IMG/VR virus record: IMGVR_UViG_3300030107_002502
Coordinates: 2,817 to 66,816 of that record
DNA length: 64,000 nt
Direction: 5' to 3' (one strand)
Source of the DNA: a virus
The notes under the pieces are model-generated. The model ran no database searches. It saw nothing but the letters and a program-made list of their open reading frames with translations, and had not been told where the DNA came from. The position numbers and the translations under genes are program-made. Positions 48,449-56,968 of this stretch are shown here, in pieces. Positions within the stretch are counted from its first letter, which is position 1, and the number at the start of each line of letters is the position of its first letter.

Positions 48449-49590
48449 GTATGTATAATACGTATGGAAGAATGTTCCATTTTAATAACTTTGAGCAAGT
48501 AGCACAACACTACAGAGAAACCAAGCCAATCGCAGGGAAGTTCAAACATTTGAACATCATACCCGTTGGCGATAGGAAACGTAAATGGGAACGTATTGAG
48601 AAGATATCGGATGATTGCTACGCACTCTATAATGCTGAATTAGGTGACCCCATATGCCATAACGAGGCTTGGAAACCAACGTACTTCAAGGGTTTAACCC
48701 CCGAGATATCGTTGGCACTTGCACCGATTGTGTGGACACGTGTTAAAGGTGGCTACACGATACGTATACGTAACGGGTCGGGTGATCATGCTCATGTTAG
48801 CAGATATTCATTCCTCAATCGTGCTATGCCGAGCAGTTTGGGGTTTGTGCAGACTGGTAACGGCAGGCAGTATATAAAATGTGGTGGTGTTGACTACTAT
48901 TTACCTAAGAGTAAATACGAGTGTGATTATAAGGTTGCTAGAAGTGGTGACGAGTACAAGCAATGGGAAGGAGTGAAAGACGACCATCATTATCTGACGT
49001 TCTACCACGATGATTTGGGAGACTCAGCATCTCATAGTACTGGTTGGAAACCATACACTAACACGTTTACGTTTCAGTATCCCAAGTCACGTATCGACAA
49101 GGAGGAGAAAGCCAAACACAAAGAGAATACCGATAAGTTTTGGGATTGGATTTGTGCAGTAGCACCTCTCATGCCCACGAATGGTGGTTGGGATACACCC
49201 GAACGTAAGAATTATGAGGGGTACAACAGTCGAATGGCAGATGAAGCCAATGACTATCTAAACGATGTGGCTGTTAATTATTATAGTCGTAGTAGCACTA
49301 GTCCTTTGGGTGGTAAAAATGAGACATGTGCCAAAATTGTCAAGGAAATGATGGCTGATGAAGAACATCCGTTGCGTTTGCCAATGGCTTGGGCATTTGT
49401 CAATACTGTAAATGGTGGTGGTTATTATAACAACGAGGTTAACGAGTTTGCAAGCGTTACAAATCAAGAGAAGGCAAGTAAGATACGTGCTAAATATAAT
49501 CGTTGGATTAATACCCAACTTAACCTAGTGAAAAACCACGAGTCGGGCAAGGTGCTCGTTAGTGAATCACTAACAAAAAAGGAGAAGTAA
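48445..49590 (+). CDS. Hypothetical protein
   Basis: 381 aa, AAGGAG RBS. Confidence 0.75.
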   Translation: MSMYNTYGRMFHFNNFEQVAQHYRETKPIAGKFKHLNIIPVGDRKRKWERIEKISDDCYALYNAELGDPICHNEAWKPTYFKGLTPEISLALAPIVWTRVKGGYTIRIRNGSGDHAHVSRYSFLNRAMPSSLGFVQTGNGRQYIKCGGVDYYLPKSKYECDYKVARSGDEYKQWEGVKDDHHYLTFYHDDLGDSASHSTGWKPYTNTFTFQYPKSRIDKEEKAKHKENTDKFWDWICAVAPLMPTNGGWDTPERKNYEGYNSRMADEANDYLNDVAVNYYSRSSTSPLGGKNETCAKIVKEMMADEEHPLRLPMAWAFVNTVNGGGYYNNEVNEFASVTNQEKASKIRAKYNRWINTQLNLVKNHESGKVLVSESLTKKEK

Positions 49591-49767
49591 ATGAGTAATC
49601 AAATAATTGATAAAGTTAAAGAGCATTGTAAAGACGAAATAGCAATCAATGAGGAACACCCTTGGGAAACAATATCAGATGGCACTGGAGATATATGCCG
49701 TGGTCGTTTGGAGTTTGCCGAAGGTTTACTTGAACGAATTAACATATGGGAGAAAAAAAATGGGTAA
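49591..49767 (+). CDS. Hypothetical protein (58 aa, not in ORF track)
   Basis: AAGGAG RBS; MSNQIIDKVKEHCKDE. Confidence 0.6.
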   Translation: MSNQIIDKVKEHCKDEIAINEEHPWETISDGTGDICRGRLEFAEGLLERINIWEKKNG

Positions 49768-49951
49768 GAAGTTAACCCTTAAAGAAATTCAAAGTCGAAT
49801 AGATGACCTTGAAGGGAAGTACTATAAAGGTTGGAGCAATTCTGAGGAATGGTGGAGGGTTACTGGAGATGTCAACCCGACAGACCGAAGGCTTTGGACT
49901 TTATATCACGGACTAAAAAACCAAAGAAAAAAGGAGGAAGTAAATGAGTAG
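49760..49951 (+). CDS. Hypothetical protein
   Basis: Start moved to ATG 49760 (MGKKLTLKEIQ) behind GGGAG. Confidence 0.6.
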   Translation: MGKKLTLKEIQSRIDDLEGKYYKGWSNSEEWWRVTGDVNPTDRRLWTLYHGLKNQRKKEEVNE

Positions 49952-50444
49952 TCTATTACTTAGTTATCCAGTCATAGATAAAATCATAAAAGTTGCACCT
50001 TGGGGAGCAGAGATTAGCGAATTTGGAGAATTCCCTAGTGGTGCTATTGATGATGGAAAGTCGTGTTCTGAAAAATGTATTAGAAGAAATCTACTATACC
50101 AAATGAAAGAAATAGACATGGAAGCAACTCGTGAATACCATAAAAAGTATCCACCAAAAGTTGGTAATGAAGTTGTGGTATTTAATACATCTGGTGGTTT
50201 ACATCATAAACAACACAAAAGAATTTCTACAATAACAGATAGAGGTCGGTTAATTGTAGAGCATGGAATGGCGTATGCAGGTGTTTCTTTTTGGAAATCG
50301 GGGCAAAACTGTAAAGCACCAACTGGTCAAACTTGGCTTGTGCCTATTGAACTTTATGAAATAAAAATACTTAATCATGAATTTGGTTGTAAAAATTTCA
50401 AAATATATTTTCCCGAAACCTTAAAGGAGGAAGTAAATGAGTAA
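49944..50444 (+). CDS. Hypothetical protein
   Basis: 166 aa, flanked by identical 21-bp RBS/start repeats. Confidence 0.7.
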   Translation: MSSLLLSYPVIDKIIKVAPWGAEISEFGEFPSGAIDDGKSCSEKCIRRNLLYQMKEIDMEATREYHKKYPPKVGNEVVVFNTSGGLHHKQHKRISTITDRGRLIVEHGMAYAGVSFWKSGQNCKAPTGQTWLVPIELYEIKILNHEFGCKNFKIYFPETLKEEVNE

Positions 50445-50682
50445 CATTCGTTACCCAAAAGAATGGTGGGATTTCAAGGGGGTAACACCCCCACCCACCG
50501 AAGACACGTATGTGGACCCATCCGAAGAAGAAGTGGTTCGCATAATAACACGTTTAATTTCAACTTACATGCCAGTAGAACAAAAGAACTACGAAGAGCA
50601 TGGTAAACCCGAAGGTCATATGTATCTTGACCTTTTAGTACTAAAGAAAGGATTGGATAATCATGAGCGTACTAAAACATAA
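50437..50682 (+). CDS. Hypothetical protein
   Basis: 81 aa, AGGAGG RBS. Confidence 0.65.
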   Translation: MSNIRYPKEWWDFKGVTPPPTEDTYVDPSEEEVVRIITRLISTYMPVEQKNYEEHGKPEGHMYLDLLVLKKGLDNHERTKT

Positions 50683-51622
50683 AATGGTGGCTTTCACCAA
50701 AGAAGAACTCGACTATAAAAAGGTTCACTTTGACGAAGGTACGAACGAAGAATATATTAGACAATGCAAAGCAAAGAGAAAACGCTTACTTGAATATGCT
50801 GAAGCACTAAGTAGTGAAATACGTGGTACCACGTTTGCAAATAAAGATGACAAGTCTTTGTATGTGTTCATGGAAGGCGAATACATGTGTATGGGTTGGA
50901 TCGGATACGGAGATTTTTTAGCTACTGTAAACGCTGAAGAAAATTCATTCGTTGTGTACTCACGTCATATCCAAAATATGAAGTATTCTGATTATAATAG
51001 TGAACAGCATTACATGGTGCAAAGTGTAAATATGGGCACTGCCATAAAGAACTGTAAGAAGTACTTACGTAACTACAGTACAGTAGAAATGGCTGACATC
51101 CAGTTGAGTGACGTAAAACACCATGCCACCAACAGAGTTGGAGAAATGGATAGGGATGCTAGAAATCAAATCTCTAGTGTTTTGGAGACAAGTACCTATA
51201 AACCCGAAACATCGGGGGTGTTCAACACTTTACGTCATGTACTCAAAAGTGGGCTTGAGTTTCCCGACAAGGAGTTCAAAGATAAACTTGTTCAGATGTA
51301 TAACAAATATGACGAGTATCTGAGAAACAAAAGTGCTCCCGTTAACATGTTATACGTCAAGGTCTATGAACGTCTGGGGAAACGAACCTTTGATGTGGTT
51401 GATATAGGCAGGGTTGCTACTGGCAAGGAACAAGATGCGTCTTTGCATTACCGAACTTTGCGAGAAAAACCTCTTCAAAAATATGATGACGATACTTTGC
51501 CCGAATACCTTATTGGCAAGATATCGGTATTATCTATGGTCGAACCCAATACTTATGTTGACGATGTTGGTTTTCGTAGTAAGATAGAAAACACCTTTTA
51601 TGTAGTGCGTGATGACAAGTAA
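50663..51622 (+). CDS. Hypothetical protein
   Basis: 319 aa; C-terminal LPEYLIGKISVLSMV...VDDVGFR resembles that of the next gene. Confidence 0.75.
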   Translation: MSVLKHKMVAFTKEELDYKKVHFDEGTNEEYIRQCKAKRKRLLEYAEALSSEIRGTTFANKDDKSLYVFMEGEYMCMGWIGYGDFLATVNAEENSFVVYSRHIQNMKYSDYNSEQHYMVQSVNMGTAIKNCKKYLRNYSTVEMADIQLSDVKHHATNRVGEMDRDARNQISSVLETSTYKPETSGVFNTLRHVLKSGLEFPDKEFKDKLVQMYNKYDEYLRNKSAPVNMLYVKVYERLGKRTFDVVDIGRVATGKEQDASLHYRTLREKPLQKYDDDTLPEYLIGKISVLSMVEPNTYVDDVGFRSKIENTFYVVRDDK

Positions 51623-51911
51623 CCACGTAATGGTAAGTGACGACAAGATACTTCGTGTCTGCGTACATAAAGATAGGAATATCATCAGTATAATAAATTT
51701 AGATACTAATGCTCTTGACACGACAGATGAGGGTATCTATATTAATATAGAAGATGTACCCGATTGGATACAGAGGAGGTTAGCCGTTCTTATGATGGTG
51801 AACACTCACGGAGCCGATATAACCACCCCCGAGATTGAGGGGGTGGGAAGGCGAATATCAAACGGAGGTGCTGAAGCTGATTGCTTTTGGGTATACAAAG
51901 ATAATCGTTAG
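51612..51911 (+). CDS. Hypothetical protein
   Basis: VPDWIQRRLAVLMM...EGVGRRIS; its stop lies inside a palindrome copy. Confidence 0.7.
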   Translation: MTSNHVMVSDDKILRVCVHKDRNIISIINLDTNALDTTDEGIYINIEDVPDWIQRRLAVLMMVNTHGADITTPEIEGVGRRISNGGAEADCFWVYKDNR

Positions 51912-51939
51912 TGATTCACTAACGGATTAATAAAAAGGG

Positions 51940-51965
51940 GGGAAGGTGCTAGTCATCTTCCCTTT
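51940..51965 (+). terminator. Terminator-like hairpin between two palindrome copies
   Basis: GGGAAGGTG-CTAGT-CATCTTCCC-TTT. Confidence 0.6.
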
Positions 51966-52013
51966 GATGCCAGTGTTTTGTTAGTGAATCACTAACGGAT
52001 TGAGGAGGTAAAA

Positions 52014-52238
52014 ATGAGTGAAGGTAAGAATAAAGTATTTTATAGATATGCTTTTAAAGACTTAGTTTTAGAAAATCCAATGTACGGAGCTGGATTAGAG
52101 TATGTCAAAGTAATTTGTACGGACGAGGGCGAAGAATTTAAAACAAAGGTGAGGTTTATCGGTTTCGAGGATGAGGATGGTAAAGCGTTAGACGTAGATG
52201 ATATTATGGTGGTTGCCAAAAGTGGACAAAGAAAATGA
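52014..52238 (+). CDS. Hypothetical protein
   Basis: 74 aa, GAGGAGG RBS. Confidence 0.65.
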   Translation: MSEGKNKVFYRYAFKDLVLENPMYGAGLEYVKVICTDEGEEFKTKVRFIGFEDEDGKALDVDDIMVVAKSGQRK

Positions 52239-52663
52239 TTGAGGCTCTAGTTTGCATGGCTACTGCCATATATTTTGAGGCTCGTGGTGAACCAACTGTT
52301 GGGCAGATAGCCGTAGGACAAGTTATCATGAGTCGTGTAGCTGACCACAGATACCCCGACAGTGTATGCGATGTAGTCAAAGAAGGATATTATTACTCTT
52401 GGAACCCCAGTATACCTATTCCCGATAAATGCCAGTTTTCATTTTGGTGTGACGGCAAACCCGAAGAAGTTACAGATAAAGAAGCTTATGCTTGGGCAGA
52501 AGAAATTTCTTGGGGGTTGCTTGAGGGAGATTTAAACATGATTGATCTAACCGATAGTGCAACGCACTACCATGCGTGGTGGGTTAGACCATCTTGGAGT
52601 AACAGATTTACACGTACTGTTAGGATAGACGAACATATTTTTTACCGTTGGGAGATGGATTAG
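52235..52663 (+). CDS. Cell wall hydrolase, SleB/Hydrolase_2 family
   Basis: AIYFEARGE, CQFSFWCDG, ATHYHA and HIFY motifs. Confidence 0.88.
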   Translation: MIEALVCMATAIYFEARGEPTVGQIAVGQVIMSRVADHRYPDSVCDVVKEGYYYSWNPSIPIPDKCQFSFWCDGKPEEVTDKEAYAWAEEISWGLLEGDLNMIDLTDSATHYHAWWVRPSWSNRFTRTVRIDEHIFYRWEMD

Positions 52664-52664
52664 C

Positions 52665-52997
52665 ATGAATGCAAAACATTATGAATGGAACAACCACGAA
52701 GATACATATGAAGAAGCACTGAGACGTAGACTTATAAGCTTAGAAAAAGAAAACGATATTTTAAGATCAGATTTAAGAGAACTTACAAAAGTATTTTATA
52801 AATTATTGGAGGGTAAAAACGTGACTAAATTTTCAGATGAGTTTGTACAGAAAGTTCAAAACTTTTACAAGGAAGGTAAGAAACAAAAGAAGGCAAGCAA
52901 CGATAAAGTATTTACGATTGAGGATGTAGTTGAGAAGTTCGGTATCTTACCTAATCAAGTAAAAAGAATTTTATATATTAGAAAGAATGGAAAATGA
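52665..52997 (+). CDS. Hypothetical protein (possible internal GTG start at 52821)
   Basis: 110 aa; in-frame GGAGG...GTG suggests two products or a fusion. Confidence 0.55.
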   Translation: MNAKHYEWNNHEDTYEEALRRRLISLEKENDILRSDLRELTKVFYKLLEGKNVTKFSDEFVQKVQNFYKEGKKQKKASNDKVFTIEDVVEKFGILPNQVKRILYIRKNGK

Positions 52998-53332
52998 CAC
53001 CCGAGGCAAAAGTTAAGAAGAAAGTGATAGCACAGTTAAAACTTATGGGTGCATATTATTTTTATCCAGTAACGGGGGGTTACGGACGAAGTGGAGTTCC
53101 TGACATAGTTGGATGTTTTGGTGGTAACTTCTTTGGGATTGAATGTAAAGCAGGAAGCAATAAGCCCACCCCTTTACAGCAAAAAAATTTAGATGATATA
53201 GTAAAACAAGGTGGGATAGCTTTGGTTATTAATGAAGAGAATGTAGGTAGCGTTAGCAAATTATTAAGTACAGTAGCCCAACGGGGAACAGATGGAGAAA
53301 CAAAAAAAGATGGTCTTTTTATACGATTTTAG
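52994..53332 (+). CDS. VRR-NUC family nuclease / junction resolvase
   Basis: TPEAKVK...GVPDIV...IECKAG...LQ motifs. Confidence 0.85.
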   Translation: MTPEAKVKKKVIAQLKLMGAYYFYPVTGGYGRSGVPDIVGCFGGNFFGIECKAGSNKPTPLQQKNLDDIVKQGGIALVINEENVGSVSKLLSTVAQRGTDGETKKDGLFIRF

Positions 53333-53404
53333 GGGGTACAATCATCCACGGGGATATCGTTTCACCCCTCTGACGGGCTTTAAAACAAGCCGTTTTTTGA
53401 AGGA

Positions 53405-53668
53405 ATGTTTAAAATGAGCCGTTGGATATATGATGTACCTAATTTTATTCCTTGGGATTTCCCTACCCCCGAAGATGAACATGACGAGACTTTGGATTAT
53501 TTAGAAAAGAGAATGAACTCTAAAGCATACAATAAAAATTTTATATTTGATATCATGGGGGTTTCAGATAACAGAACACAAGCCGAGAAGTTGGATGCCG
53601 AAGTAAGAAAGAGTAGGCGTGAAGGAGGAAAGAAAACAGTTAGGTCAATAAAATATGGAATTAGATAG
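53405..53668 (+). CDS. Hypothetical protein
   Basis: 87 aa, AAGGA RBS. Confidence 0.55.
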   Translation: MFKMSRWIYDVPNFIPWDFPTPEDEHDETLDYLEKRMNSKAYNKNFIFDIMGVSDNRTQAEKLDAEVRKSRREGGKKTVRSIKYGIR

Positions 53669-53916
53669 AATACAGAGTGTTTTTTTAATGTGGTTTTTTG
53701 TAGTTTTGTTTGTTCCACATTTTAAATCTTTTCATACTCTGTGGGGTAAGCAGTGAGAGCCCTTGGTTTGTACTCATGGTTACCATTAATCCACTGCAGT
53801 AGTGGCATACGCCTCCTTTCAAAATGTATGTGACTCTACCTATAGAAGTATAGTAAAATACTAATCCCCCCGAGAGTCCGTCTTGGGGGGTACCTAGAAA
53901 TTAACGGGAGAATTAA

Positions 53917-54180
53917 ATGACAGTAATTGATATATCGCAGGAAAACGTGTTTCCACTTATGAAGGTGGCAAGAGCATTATCAAAAGCAGATAATTTAAAC
54001 ACACAAAAAATTTTAAAAGAGATGACAGAAAAAGATACCCTTCATTTTGTTGAGGTCTTTAATAAGTATTTTGGGGATTTATGCAAAATGGAATGGGATA
54101 CTCAAGATAACCCTAAAGGGTTTAAATTAAATATAGTAGCAGATCGCATAGATGAATTTAATGCAAAAATAGGAGCATAG
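53917..54180 (+). CDS. Hypothetical protein
   Basis: 87 aa, GGGAG RBS. Confidence 0.65.
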   Translation: MTVIDISQENVFPLMKVARALSKADNLNTQKILKEMTEKDTLHFVEVFNKYFGDLCKMEWDTQDNPKGFKLNIVADRIDEFNAKIGA

Positions 54181-54183
54181 CAG

Positions 54184-54621
54184 ATGGCAAAAGACAAACA
54201 AAAAATATGGAAATACTTGTTAGAGAACAGATTAGCCACAGCCGAAGAAGTATCAAAGAAAACAAAGGTAGACTTAAAGGTCGTTCGCAGGGCCATGAAT
54301 TCTATAGGCACACCTAAACATGTTATAGAGAAAGAGGTTAAAGAGAACCGTTTAGCACTGTTGCAAGAAGCCATTAACCTTACGGGTGGGGATAGAGCGA
54401 AGGACTATGGCAATGCAGTAGATAACCATCGGCATATAGCAAAAATTTTTAACGCTATAACGGGTCATGAATTGACGGCACGGGATATAGCACTATTGCA
54501 TACTTGCACTAAACTTTCGAGAGGACAGACAAGCCCTACAAAGCGAGACCATTACGTAGATAGAATGGCGTATGCAGGTATTGAATATGAATGTGTTATG
54601 TCGGAGGAAGAAAATGAGTAA
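54184..54621 (+). CDS. DUF6378-like protein with N-terminal HTH-like segment
   Basis: LQEA...GDRAKDYG...IA...KLSR...DHYVDRMAYA. Confidence 0.7.
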   Translation: MAKDKQKIWKYLLENRLATAEEVSKKTKVDLKVVRRAMNSIGTPKHVIEKEVKENRLALLQEAINLTGGDRAKDYGNAVDNHRHIAKIFNAITGHELTARDIALLHTCTKLSRGQTSPTKRDHYVDRMAYAGIEYECVMSEEENE

Positions 54622-55141
54622 AAGAATATCAGCATCAAAATTAACTGGCTCAAGTAAAGCACACGAGACAAGATGGTATATAAAAGGTAAAAGAGATAGA
54701 TTTGAAGAACATAAAAAAGTGATAGATGATTTTCAAATTAATTGTTCTGAAAATCATGAAACTTATAAAGCACCAAATGGTTACGTCAGTACCTTTAGAA
54801 AAACTAGAGTATCAGCCTACGATAAGAAAAAAGAAGTATGGATAAGAACTGTAGATACTAGAGGTAGAGAAATAAATTATTTCTATCCAGTTAGAGGAAG
54901 AACATATTTTATAGCAGTTGATTTCTTTAACTACGATTACTTTAACACTGGCAAAGATTACAAACTACATAGAGGTAGAAATTGTAGTTCATGTTTGAAA
55001 GAAGAATATGACAAACTTAAAAAAGGATATTGGCTTTTGTTAGATAAAAAAGAATTATACTTTTTTGATACAAGATTTCAATATTTGCTTTGGGTAAAAA
55101 GCCCAAGACCTAAAAAACCAAAGAGGAAAGGAGGTAGATGA
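54614..55141 (+). CDS. Hypothetical basic protein
   Basis: Start moved to ATG 54614 behind GGAGG; K/Y-rich, AT-rich codons. Confidence 0.65.
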   Translation: MSKRISASKLTGSSKAHETRWYIKGKRDRFEEHKKVIDDFQINCSENHETYKAPNGYVSTFRKTRVSAYDKKKEVWIRTVDTRGREINYFYPVRGRTYFIAVDFFNYDYFNTGKDYKLHRGRNCSSCLKEEYDKLKKGYWLLLDKKELYFFDTRFQYLLWVKSPRPKKPKRKGGR

Positions 55142-55144
55142 GTA

Positions 55145-56968
55145 ATGGACTTAATAACGCTTGACTTTGAAACTTATTATAGCAAAGATTATTCATTAAA
55201 GAAACTAACCATAGAGGAATATGTCCGAGACCCACGCTTTGAAGTCATAGGCATTGGCGTAAAAGTAAATAACGGGGAAACCGAATGGGCAAGTGGAACT
55301 CATGACCAAATTAAAAATTACCTCAAAAGGTTTGACTTTGGAACTTCTATGGTACTTGCTCACAATACTATGTTTGATGGTGCCATTCTTAATTGGAAGT
55401 TCGGGATTGTACCCAAAGTTTTTACCGATACTTTATGCCTTGCCCGTGCTTTATTTGGTGTGGAAACTAGCCAAAGTCTTAGTGCACTTGCCGAGAAATA
55501 TAGAATCGGAAAAAAGGGAACGGAGATATTCAATACGCTTGATAAAAGAAGGGAAGAATTTTCAGAGGAAGAACTGAGCCGTTTCGGTGACTATTGCGTA
55601 AATGATGTAGATTTAACCTACGAACTATTTAAATTGATGGGTCGTGGTTTTCCAAGAAAAGAATTTAAACTTATAGATTTAACTTTGCGTATGTTTATAA
55701 CTCCAGTACTTGATTTAGATACTGGGTTGCTTGAACAGCACATTACAGAAACACGTGAACACAAAGAACAACTGCTTGAAAAAGCAGGGGTTGATAAAGA
55801 TGACTTGATGAGCAACCCCAAGTTTGCAGAGGTGCTTAAATCGTTTGGCGTGAAGCCCCCCATGAAGATAAGTCCGACAACTGGGGAAGAAACATTTGCC
55901 TTTGCTAAATCAGACGAAGAATTTAATGCTTTATTAGAACATGAAGATGAAAGGGTTAAAGCCTTAGTGTCAGCACGTTTGGGTACCAAAAGTACCCTTG
56001 AGGAAACACGTACTAAGAGGTTTATAGATATATCTAAACGTGGGCTGCTACCGGTCCCAGTTAGATACTACGCAGCCCATACTGGGCGTTGGGGTGGTGA
56101 CGACAAGATAAACCTACAAAATTTACCTAGCCGTGGAACACATGGTAAGAAGTTAAAGCGTAGTATCATAGCCCCCCTGAAGCATTCGCTCGTTGAAGCA
56201 GACTCCTCACAGATTGAGGCTAGGGTGTTGGCATGGTTTGCACAGCAGAATGATTTAACAGAAGCATTTACCAAGGGCGAAGATGTATACAAGAAGATGG
56301 CATCTCGTATCTATGATGTACCCGAAGAAGATATTACAAAGGAACAGAGATTTGTTGGTAAGACAACCATACTGGGTGCAGGCTATGGTATGGGGGCGTT
56401 GAAGTTTCAAGCACAGCTTAAGACGTTTGATTTTGATATAAGTATAGAGGAAGCTAGGCGTGTCATTGGCATTTATCGTGATGCCAACTGGAAGATTAGC
56501 CAGTTATGGAGAAACGCACAACATATGCTAAAGAACATGGTCAATGGCGAAGGGTTCAATTTTTCTAAAAGCACAATAGAAGTACTACCTCAATACTACT
56601 CACTAAGACTGCCATCGGGTTTGCAGATGAAGTATGAAGATTTAAAGGCTGACCAAACAGATGGGGGCACGGAGTTCCACTACCAAACTAGGCGAGGTCG
56701 CACAAAGATATATGGTGGTAAGGTTGTGGAGAACATATGCCAAGCCCTCGCCCGTTGCATAATTGGCGAACAGATGTTAGAAATTAGTAAGAAATATCGT
56801 GTAGTCCTTACAGTGCATGACTCGATAGTATGTTGTGTACAAGATGAAGAAGTAAAAGATGCACAGAAATATATAGAGGAATGTATGCGTTGGATACCCG
56901 ATTGGGCTGAAGGACTACCGATTGACTGCGAATCGGGAATTGGTAAAAACTATGGAGACTGTGAGTGA
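55145..56968 (+). CDS. DNA polymerase, family A, with 3'-5' exonuclease
   Basis: Exo LDFET, AHNTMFD, YCVND; HTGRWGG, NLQNLP; motif A DSSQIEAR; motif B RFVGKTTILGAGYG; motif C TVHDS. Confidence 0.95.
   Translation: MDLITLDFETYYSKDYSLKKLTIEEYVRDPRFEVIGIGVKVNNGETEWASGTHDQIKNYLKRFDFGTSMVLAHNTMFDGAILNWKFGIVPKVFTDTLCLARALFGVETSQSLSALAEKYRIGKKGTEIFNTLDKRREEFSEEELSRFGDYCVNDVDLTYELFKLMGRGFPRKEFKLIDLTLRMFITPVLDLDTGLLEQHITETREHKEQLLEKAGVDKDDLMSNPKFAEVLKSFGVKPPMKISPTTGEETFAFAKSDEEFNALLEHEDERVKALVSARLGTKSTLEETRTKRFIDISKRGLLPVPVRYYAAHTGRWGGDDKINLQNLPSRGTHGKKLKRSIIAPLKHSLVEADSSQIEARVLAWFAQQNDLTEAFTKGEDVYKKMASRIYDVPEEDITKEQRFVGKTTILGAGYGMGALKFQAQLKTFDFDISIEEARRVIGIYRDANWKISQLWRNAQHMLKNMVNGEGFNFSKSTIEVLPQYYSLRLPSGLQMKYEDLKADQTDGGTEFHYQTRRGRTKIYGGKVVENICQALARCIIGEQMLEISKKYRVVLTVHDSIVCCVQDEEVKDAQKYIEECMRWIPDWAEGLPIDCESGIGKNYGDCE

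Larger units (their letters stand above)
43492..51996. repeat. Dispersed 17-bp palindrome GTTAGTGA(A/T)TCACTAAC, 10 copies
   Basis: Starts at 43492, 43580 (last base T), 44103 (centre GAAAC), 44294, 45188, 46319, 47552, 49558, 51907 and 51980; half-site at 48383. Confidence 0.95.

Noticed and set aside
43492-51996. Palindrome array as a CRISPR array
   Set aside because: Repeats are 17 bp with irregular spacing from about 70 to 2350 bp containing whole genes; no cas operon
43492-51996. Palindromes as integron attC sites
   Set aside because: The order is GTT...AAC rather than RYYYAAC...GTTRRRY, they are far shorter than attC sites, and no tyrosine recombinase is in the window
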